A stretch of DNA of 64,000 nucleotides, taken from contig BPHB01000002.1 of the NCBI GenBank assembly GCA_026003335.1, forward strand, positions 857,363 to 921,362, in the 5' to 3' direction. Origin of the DNA: Chitinophagales bacterium (GTDB lineage: Bacteria > Bacteroidota > Bacteroidia > Chitinophagales > CAIOSU01). The notes beneath the pieces were generated by a model. The model saw nothing but the letters and a program-made list of their open reading frames with translations, was not told where the DNA came from and searched no databases. Below are positions 1 through 7,486 of this stretch, piece by piece; position 1 is the first letter of the stretch; each line of letters begins with the position of its first letter. Position numbers and translations under genes: made by a program.

Positions 1-872
1 TCGTAGCCGTTGTCAAGCTGAGTGGAAAGCCAGTTCCACCCTACATCCCTGCGTTTTTGTGGTTTGCCGTTACTGCCGGCTTTATTTTCTTCATCCGGGG
101 GCTTTCCAAATTCGTGGTCATACCAGCCACTTCCGCTGACCTCAAATTTTTCTCCACGCACATATATATCGCCCTGAACGGTACAGCGCGGGATGAAATA
201 ATAAAACATGTTTTCGGCTGAAACCCCCAGCACTACTCCGTTATCACCGTGTCGCACCGGTGGTTTTTCGGGTTTGAGGTTGATGGTGCAGCCTATTTGC
301 TGTTCTTCATCATAGAGATGCAGGTCATAAGAGTTGTCCGCTCGTTTGCTGTAGGTATTCCCGTCAATGTATAATTCCAGCTGATCCATGCTCACCCTGA
401 CATCTTCTTTTATCAGGCGGTCAGGATAAGGCACCTGTCCCTTCTTCAGCATCTCAATGACAGCTCTGCGCAGGCGATGGTCTTTAACTATCTCTCCTTT
501 TTCTACTTTTTCCAGTCCAATCTTCGGGGTAACCTTATCCACCAATGAAACGGGGAAATATTTTTCCCTGCGTTCATCGCCTTTTTCATCATAAATAGCC
601 CATGTGATGGAGTGTCCGTAATTGAACCTTTTATTTTTTTCATCATATTCAATCAACCTGCGAAAAAAGGAAGCAAAGAAAGAAAACTGGCGACCCGAAG
701 GCGTGGATACATGGGCATTGATGTACCACCATTCTATGGTTGAGGACGCATGTGGCAGGTCATGCACTGTAAGATCAATAGGGCCGGGAGGTGGCCAGTC
801 GGTCGGATGTTTAAATCGCCCTGTCCTGTAGGTCTTGCTGGTTGCGGGTTTAGCCTTTACGCGTGTCTCCAT
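1..872 (-). CDS. CrtC/AttH-like lipocalin-fold hydratase family protein (N-terminal part; gene continues beyond window start)
   Basis: Absent from the ORF track because it has no stop inside the window. My minus-strand translation from the ATG at 872-870 stays open to position 1: METRVKAKPATSKTYRTGRFKHPTDWPPPGPIDLTVHDLPHASSTIEWWYINAHVSTPSGRQFSFFASFF...VSGSGWYDHEFGKP... The EWWY..H and WYDHEFG strings match what I recall of the hydroxyneurosporene synthase (carotenoid 1,2-hydratase)/AttH family. Family assignment is from memory. Confidence 0.55.
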   Translation of the reverse strand, partial: METRVKAKPATSKTYRTGRFKHPTDWPPPGPIDLTVHDLPHASSTIEWWYINAHVSTPSGRQFSFFASFFRRLIEYDEKNKRFNYGHSITWAIYDEKGDERREKYFPVSLVDKVTPKIGLEKVEKGEIVKDHRLRRAVIEMLKKGQVPYPDRLIKEDVRVSMDQLELYIDGNTYSKRADNSYDLHLYDEEQQIGCTINLKPEKPPVRHGDNGVVLGVSAENMFYYFIPRCTVQGDIYVRGEKFEVSGSGWYDHEFGKPPDEENKAGSNGKPQKRRDVGWNWLSTQLDNGY

Positions 873-922
873 TGGTTTTTAGGCGTACAAAGTTCTGTTT
901 TATTTCTTGAACTGAACAAAAA

Positions 923-1855
923 TTACGCCCGATGAAAAAACATTTTTTCAAAGGAGATGATGGTATTAAACCCTTTGTCCTTAAAATAGTGTATAACCTG
1001 ATTTACCGGCATGTCAGAACAGGCCATCACGAAGTCGCCACCCCATGCACCCAGTGACTTTACGGACCCCGGGAAATCCGGAAAAAGCAGCGTCTTAACC
1101 TTCTCCATGTGAAGCAGCTGAGCAAGGATATCTTCATGCTCTTCCATGAGCGATGCGAAGACGGCAGCTGAAGTGCAGCTAATCATGTTTTCGGTGATTG
1201 CAGAAATTTTAGTAACAAGGGAGGTATCTTTATACAGCCTGCGATAACTGCTCACGGCTTGCTGACTATTCTGTTTTTTCTCCAGATGGACGAAAAACAG
1301 CTGATGGGCGAAGGGTGGATTAAAATCAATCTCGTGCCAAAGTGGTTGCCCCTGACTTAACTGATAAACAACAGGGCGCGATGCACCGGCACAGGCTATG
1401 TCATATCCTGAACCGTCAGACACCGCAAAAAGCAGTTCAAACGGGTTGGTAGCTGACCAACACGCAATATTCCATATCAGAGAAGAGCTGCTGCCCAAGC
1501 CCCAGTTTAGGGGAAATTCCAGTTTTGCAGTTGCTTTAAGCGGATGAGGTGCTGCTAAAAATTGCGGATTCCTTTTGCGTGCTTCCCGTAAGAGTTCCTG
1601 CAGCAGGTAATGGGAGAGAGAGCCTTCTTTCTTCAGCACGCGAAAGTCAGTAGTCTCAAACGTGAGAGCCATCAACAGCTTATCGCGCTCATCACGGGTT
1701 TCCCAATACAAAAGATTCTCACGCCCCCCAGCAGGACGTATCTCCAGATGCTGTCCCATGCTGGTAGGAATGGCAAGTGCCCTGGCTCCTTCAAGGACTA
1801 AATATTCCCCGCTGAGCAGCAATTTGCCATGTGCATAAAAATGCCTTGGGGGCAT
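923..1855 (-). CDS. GHMP-family kinase (GYDIA subfamily), putative mevalonate-pathway kinase
   Basis: 310-aa ORF. It has the N-terminal HGKLLLSGEYLVLEGA, a GHMP motif-II-like PLNWGLGSSSSL and a GSGYDIACA string. It starts 4 nt downstream of the HMG-CoA reductase stop on the same strand. Confidence 0.75.
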   Translation of the reverse strand: MPPRHFYAHGKLLLSGEYLVLEGARALAIPTSMGQHLEIRPAGGRENLLYWETRDERDKLLMALTFETTDFRVLKKEGSLSHYLLQELLREARKRNPQFLAAPHPLKATAKLEFPLNWGLGSSSSLIWNIACWSATNPFELLFAVSDGSGYDIACAGASRPVVYQLSQGQPLWHEIDFNPPFAHQLFFVHLEKKQNSQQAVSSYRRLYKDTSLVTKISAITENMISCTSAAVFASLMEEHEDILAQLLHMEKVKTLLFPDFPGSVKSLGAWGGDFVMACSDMPVNQVIHYFKDKGFNTIISFEKMFFHRA

Positions 1856-1859
1856 CGGA

Positions 1860-3197
1860 TTATTTCTTTCCTACTCCGGTAAGCGGTGGGCGAATGGAAA
1901 TCAGAAAATTCCTCACTGCGGCATAAGATACCACGTGATGCTTGAAATATTCTTTAGCTTTTTCGGTTTCCTCTTCCGTTGCTTCAAACTGCTTGAGAAT
2001 ATTCAATAGGTGCATTTTCATGTGTCCTTTTTGAATTCCCACCGTTGTCATGGATTTCACTGCCGAAAAGTTATTGGCAAGGCCCACAGCAGAAGCAATC
2101 ATCATCAGTTCTCTGGCGGTGGGATTGCCCAGCATTTCAAGCGATAGTTTCACCAACGGATGCAGAGTGGTGAGACCCCCTACCACACCAAGCGCCATGG
2201 GCAGCTCTACTGCGAAGTGGAATTTTCCTCCATCCAGCTTGATATCCGAGAGGCTTTGATAGCGCCCCGAACGGGCAGCATACACGTGTGCACAGGCTTC
2301 TGTTGCGCGAAAGTCATTACCGGTAGCAATGACTACCGCGTCTGCGCCATTCATTATTCCCTTATTATGGGTGGCAGCACGAAAAACATCCACCTTGGCA
2401 ATCTTAATGGCCTTTGCAAATTTGGTTGCAAATTCTTCGGGTTGCATGCCCTCAATCACACCCAGCTCATGAATGGGGCATTCAACCCAGGTTCTGACAA
2501 TGCAATCGGGAGTGTAATTGGAAAGAATACTCATAATGACGCGGACATCCCGTTCCTCATCTGTAAAATCAGGATACACCAGTGCTTCCTGAGTCAGTGT
2601 GGCAGCAAAGTTTTCCAGCACGGAATTGATAAAGTTAGCCCCCATGGATTCGCATGTTTCAAAGGTAGCTTTTAGCTGATAGTAGTCCGGATCATACGAG
2701 GTCATATTTATCAGCTCAATATCCAGTATTCCGCCTCCGCGTTTTTCCATATTGCGGGTAATGGGATGCGCATTACGTATGAGGATTGGTTTGATATGAC
2801 GGATAAATTTTTTCAGTTTATGAAAATCTCCCCGCCAGGAAAAATGTACCTGCCCGATTTTTACGGTAGAAATGACTTCGGAGTGAAATCCGCCCCTCTC
2901 CAGCCAGAACTTGGCGCTACCTGCTGCAGCAGCTACTACCGAGCTTTCTTCAATTACCATAGGCACAGCATAGATCTTACCATTGATCATGAAGTTGGGA
3001 GCCACGTTGTATGGCATGTAAAAATTGGTAAGAGTATTTTCACTGAACTCATCAAAGAGCTTTTGCAGCTTTTCATCGTTATGCCAGTAGCTTTTGAATT
3101 CCTGTATAACCGCATCAGGGTTTTTAAAAAAATTGTGTGCCACCCATTCCAGCTTGGCCTGCTTGGAAAGTTTGGAGAAGCCTTCTACTCTTTTCAT
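1860..3197 (-). CDS. Hydroxymethylglutaryl-CoA reductase (class II-like)
   Basis: 445-aa ORF with VIEESSVVAAAAGSAKF, ESMGANFINS and ALGVVGGLT blocks typical of HMGR catalytic domains. The size fits bacterial class II enzymes. Confidence 0.88.
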   Translation of the reverse strand: MKRVEGFSKLSKQAKLEWVAHNFFKNPDAVIQEFKSYWHNDEKLQKLFDEFSENTLTNFYMPYNVAPNFMINGKIYAVPMVIEESSVVAAAAGSAKFWLERGGFHSEVISTVKIGQVHFSWRGDFHKLKKFIRHIKPILIRNAHPITRNMEKRGGGILDIELINMTSYDPDYYQLKATFETCESMGANFINSVLENFAATLTQEALVYPDFTDEERDVRVIMSILSNYTPDCIVRTWVECPIHELGVIEGMQPEEFATKFAKAIKIAKVDVFRAATHNKGIMNGADAVVIATGNDFRATEACAHVYAARSGRYQSLSDIKLDGGKFHFAVELPMALGVVGGLTTLHPLVKLSLEMLGNPTARELMMIASAVGLANNFSAVKSMTTVGIQKGHMKMHLLNILKQFEATEEETEKAKEYFKHHVVSYAAVRNFLISIRPPLTGVGKK

Positions 3198-3208
3198 ATT
3201 TTATGTTT

Positions 3209-4264
3209 TTATTGACGCACTTTTAAATAAGCATACGCCAGCTCCAGACCTTTGATTTGCCCGGCAATAAATTGTCGGAGCTGCTCATAGCTGTTGCGGG
3301 CATGCTCAAGGAGAGCCGAGCCCTGACCGTATACACTATTGGCCTGCAGCCTGTTTATCAGATAGTATCCATCCAAAAATGATTTGATGCCACCGGAGAT
3401 AATCACTTCGCGGCATAAAGCCTTTTTGCCCAGCTGTTGCAGGATTTGATTTGTAAAGTTTACCATTTCCGCGGCATCATGCCCCAGGTAGGCCACTTCA
3501 TCATACAGTGCACGCTGACTTGCCTTACTTCGCAGGAGTTCCACTTTGGAAAAGTTCGTGCCTCCGTGGGCTGCAAAATCCACGGCAGCCAAAGGCAAGC
3601 GGAACAATTCCCTGAGGCTCTGCGGGCCCATCCCCTGCCCTACCTCTTTTACGATGACTTTATAGCTGGCTTTTTCCAGCAGGGCTTTGATAGTATCCAG
3701 CGGTCTATGTTGTATTTTGTCGCCCTCTGGCTGCAGCCATTCCTGCAGGGGATTGATATGAATAATCAGACCATCGGCCTGCAGACGGACGACAAGGTTG
3801 TCTATGAGGTGTAACTTTTTGTCACGCACACAGGCCTCTACCTGTGCAATACCAAGGTTCGCATAAAAAGGACGGTCATCCCCCACAAGGGAGCGGAGGT
3901 TAAAATCATCAAAATAGCTATTGCCTTCCAGCAATATTCTGCAGGAGCCCAACCCCATGCCCAATCCAAACTCCCTGCAGGCCAGGGCAAGATTACGATT
4001 TATCTTATTTGCAAGCACGGTGCCCCCCGTCATACTGGAAATCCATAAAGGAGCCTTCATCGTTTTACCAAGAAAAGTAATGGGTTTGAGCGGCTCCGGA
4101 TGAGCTGACAAAACAGGCTCATAAAAAAACCTGGTATCCAACTGTCCATTCAACTGTGACTTAAAAGCCAGGGTGATATGATCTTTCTTGCGTGCAGAAG
4201 TTTTCTTCTCAGTTGTTTTTTCCTTTTGCACTCTGTTTTTTTGAACAGACATGATGGTTTCCAT
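3209..4264 (-). CDS. fni: Isopentenyl-diphosphate delta-isomerase, type 2 (FMN-dependent)
   Basis: Motifs WISSMTGG, LIIHINPLQE, VIVKEVGQGMG, AAHGGTNF and IISGGI. The track start at 4312 is a TTG that would overlap the HMGS gene. The ATG at 4264 (METIMSVQ...) leaves an 8-nt gap, so I prefer it. Confidence 0.9.
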   Translation of the reverse strand: METIMSVQKNRVQKEKTTEKKTSARKKDHITLAFKSQLNGQLDTRFFYEPVLSAHPEPLKPITFLGKTMKAPLWISSMTGGTVLANKINRNLALACREFGLGMGLGSCRILLEGNSYFDDFNLRSLVGDDRPFYANLGIAQVEACVRDKKLHLIDNLVVRLQADGLIIHINPLQEWLQPEGDKIQHRPLDTIKALLEKASYKVIVKEVGQGMGPQSLRELFRLPLAAVDFAAHGGTNFSKVELLRSKASQRALYDEVAYLGHDAAEMVNFTNQILQQLGKKALCREVIISGGIKSFLDGYYLINRLQANSVYGQGSALLEHARNSYEQLRQFIAGQIKGLELAYAYLKVRQ

Positions 4265-4272
4265 ATTCCGGT

Positions 4273-5763
4273 TTAATGATGTCTGGTTACACTTTGTCTG
4301 GTTATACCGCAATCTGAATTTGCCGCTTTACCGGATTCCGTCATCTGCGCACGGCCTTTAGTGGCTCCAGCTTTGGGGGCCGCAAAAGCATAGGTTCTTA
4401 CACCATAAAGTGGTTCTGCAGTGGCTACCGATTTGAGATAAAATTCATCTTCAGGAGGTAGTATGCTCTCCGTGATACTTCCGCTATGAAGGGCTTCATA
4501 CACATCAAAATCAATCGGTGTTCTTTGAAGCAAAGCATCAAACAAACCAAATTTATCCACGATGGGTTTCCACTCCTTTTGTACAACCCCTTCAAAAACC
4601 TTTGACTTTGATCCGCTGCCGTAAGTGCAAAAACCTACCCTCATGTTTTCCAGAGGCGTTCCATCTCTTAAATCTGATTCCAGTAAACTCATCAGTGATA
4701 AGAATACAGAACCGGTATAAAGGTTGCCTGTGAGGGATGAAGCCCTTTGTCCTTTTTCTATTTTTTCTCTAACAAATTGCTGATACAGAGGGGTTTTTGC
4801 AACTGTTTTTAAAGATTTGTTTTCCGGAAAAGAAGGGTCTTCTTCCAGTAATTGCTTACGCAACTCCGGATTGCGGATATATTCTTCCAGGAAGATTTCC
4901 GGAAACATTCTTTTTCCATGAAAGGCATAAGGCAGATGAAAAACGATACGCCCCCAGTCGCTGAGTTTATGCCGCGCTTTCAAACGGCTAAAATGCATAT
5001 AAGCCTGTTTTAACCTATTGGCGTAACATGTATTGGAATAAGGTCCATCAAAGACGGGAAATATTTTATGTATATCCAGGTAAGCTTCTTTGTCAGATAG
5101 AAACGGAAATGCGAACCCATCGGGAAGCTTGTCGCGGCTTATGCGTCTGAGGGGTTTAAAAAAATCGTGTTCACTGACTGCAGCAACGCCCACCGGTTCT
5201 TCTATTGCCAGCAGGCGGGGTTTCTGTCTGATCAGCAGGGCAACCGCTCCGGCACCCTGCGTATATTCCCCGGTGCTGCCCAGTTCATAGCGTGCATTAT
5301 CGGTACAAATCACAATGGCCGTGCGATTCTCACCCAGGCGTACCCAATCCAGTGTGTTATGCAGGGCATCCACCCCTCCGATGCAGGCAAAGGTCATGTC
5401 AACAACATCTGTATGCAGGAATGCGTGCGGGCCGTATTCGGGGTTGAAATAATCCGATAACATTGCCAGCACGTAGGATGCCAGCGGCTTTGCCCCGTCC
5501 ACAAGGCTTTCTGATCCAACATAAATTCTTCCGATTTCCTGAGGAGATAACTTATTTTTTTCTATAAGTTTTCTGGCCGCATTGGCCGCCATGGTTGCAG
5601 CATCTTCGTGTACGTCAGTAAGGCTCATGGCTTCAAGCCCCAGCCCGTCTTTGAGTTTTCCACAATCCAGATTACGGTGCCGGGCAAGTATCTCAATGGG
5701 CAGATATAACCTCGGAATATGAAAGGCCATATCATCAATACCGGTGAGAGGGGTTTGTTTCAT
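4273..5763 (-). CDS. Hydroxymethylglutaryl-CoA synthase
   Basis: 496-aa ORF with a thiolase-fold initiation-enzyme pattern: GIDDMAFHIPRLYL, an active-site-like DMTFACIGGVDAL, TQGAGAVALL and CTYGSGS. It sits immediately upstream of IDI2 and HMGR. Confidence 0.88.
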   Translation of the reverse strand: MKQTPLTGIDDMAFHIPRLYLPIEILARHRNLDCGKLKDGLGLEAMSLTDVHEDAATMAANAARKLIEKNKLSPQEIGRIYVGSESLVDGAKPLASYVLAMLSDYFNPEYGPHAFLHTDVVDMTFACIGGVDALHNTLDWVRLGENRTAIVICTDNARYELGSTGEYTQGAGAVALLIRQKPRLLAIEEPVGVAAVSEHDFFKPLRRISRDKLPDGFAFPFLSDKEAYLDIHKIFPVFDGPYSNTCYANRLKQAYMHFSRLKARHKLSDWGRIVFHLPYAFHGKRMFPEIFLEEYIRNPELRKQLLEEDPSFPENKSLKTVAKTPLYQQFVREKIEKGQRASSLTGNLYTGSVFLSLMSLLESDLRDGTPLENMRVGFCTYGSGSKSKVFEGVVQKEWKPIVDKFGLFDALLQRTPIDFDVYEALHSGSITESILPPEDEFYLKSVATAEPLYGVRTYAFAAPKAGATKGRAQMTESGKAANSDCGITRQSVTRHH

Positions 5764-5881
5764 AACTGGATTTTTTAAATACGCACCCTATTATGGGGCG
5801 TCAAAATTTATCAAAAAAGAAACCCCCATTATTGATGATTATCAAATTAAAAACCAGTGCAATTTGATGTAGAACCGGTTT

Positions 5882-7486
5882 CTACACTACAGCAGAATTC
5901 GTTTTTTTATTTTTTTTCATTTTGCGGTAAACCTCAGGAGAGGTTCGGCCTCTTACGGATACCTTTTCGTAAACCTCGTCAAAAGCCTGTTCGCATAAAG
6001 GAAGTTGTTCACGCATTTTATCATAGGCTGAGTGATCAAACATCTGCCTGAATTGGTCTCTTGTCAACATCGTACGGGCGTAAAGCGCCTGATAACCAGA
6101 ATGCTGCAGGACAAATTGCTCCAGACGGGGTAGCTCTACAGACGCATCAAACCCAGCTTTTCGCGGGGCGCCATATGCACCAATGTCTACGTATAGCTCA
6201 TCAATTTGCGCATCGGGTTTTTTAAACGGATGCAAAAAACCGATATGCTTTTCATTATCATAAATTGCCATCGGGCACAGCCACAGGGGATACAAATCAA
6301 AGTGCGATTGAAAATATTGCAAGGCGTCAGCCAGATAAAATATAGGGATGAGCATATCCTGCACGATATGATACCTATCGCGTAGTCGGGCTGTTGTTTC
6401 CGTCTGAGTATATTTCAACAGTGGTATCTTAGGAGGCACTGCCCATCCCAACAGAAAGCGAAAAACCGGATGATTGCCAAAAGGAATAATTTGTTCCATC
6501 TCCCAGAAAAAACTACGGGTGTGGCGATGATAGTAATGACGCAAAGGGATGTACTCCCCCATGCTGTCGGCATGATGCAGCATTTTTTCCACATGCTTAT
6601 AAAACCAGGGCTTATACCATCGTCCAATCGGATTGATGCGTTTTTTTTCGCCAGCAGGTACTTCATCGGTAAGCTGCCCACACAGAATAACGGCTTTATC
6701 CTGGCTGAAGACCAGCGCTTCTACAAAATCATTATCGGCCACATTTCTGCTTTCGGCCTCAAATATGCGCACTAACTCCTCTTGAGAATGAGCTTGCTTA
6801 TAGTGCATACGCACGTATTTTTTTGCTGGTATGATTTTTAATTCAGCTGCAACCAGAAAGCCCAGAGTGCCATGACTCCAGGGGATCAGATAAAACAATT
6901 CACTGTTTTGAGTTCTGCTGCACCGCAACAAAGTGCCGTCAGGCGTAAGCAGCTCAAAAGCTTCGCAGGAATATTGAAAGAGTCCGTATTTATGGCTGCT
7001 GGTTTCCACACCAAAACCCATAATCAGACCGCCCACGGTCAGATCATCAAGTTCGGGTACTACCGGTACCGTCCACCCTCTGGGAATGAGAGTCGCAGTA
7101 AGCTGACCCATCGTTACCATGGGTTCAACCCGCACAACACGCCTCTGCTCGTCTATTTCCAGTACATCTCTGAGATTTACCGGTATATTGCGATAAATTT
7201 TTTTGTATTTAGGTACCAGTTCGCTCATGGTGCTCCATCCCGAGCGTGCTGTGCAGAGCTTTTCTCTGGCGCCCTCATTACGCCATTGTTTGAGGTGCTG
7301 CTGAATTTTTCGTACACGTTCCTCGTGCAGGGCCGGAGCGCTACGCAGCAAAAGCGTTATCTTGTTTCGCAAAAAGAAGTACAAGTCATAGACGACAGAA
7401 AGCGGCAGCAGAAAGACGACCGCAAATACACCGCGATAATGCGTAAGCAGATATTCAAACAGACCCGAAGACTGATTGTTTTTCAT
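5882..7486 (-). CDS. Delta(24)-sterol reductase-like FAD-linked oxidoreductase (DHCR24/DWF1 family)
   Basis: Blocks [95 protein letters not shown] and YPLWLCP closely match animal DHCR24 and plant DWF1 as I recall them. There is an N-terminal hydrophobic helix. In-frame ATGs lie at 7555, 7519 and 7486; I chose 7486, which gives the smallest overlap with the upstream cyclase. Confidence 0.85.
   Translation of the reverse strand: [534 protein letters not shown]

Noticed and set aside
622-935. Plus-strand track ORFs 622-831 and 750-935
   Set aside because: They lie antisense to the long open minus-strand frame that has CrtC/AttH-like motifs, and they have no motifs of their own. I treat them as shadow ORFs.
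2050-3215. Plus-strand ORFs of 69-171 aa inside the HMG-CoA reductase gene (for example 2160-2675 and 2766-3215)
   Set aside because: They are antisense shadows of a well-supported CDS, with Cys/His/Phe-rich implausible composition.
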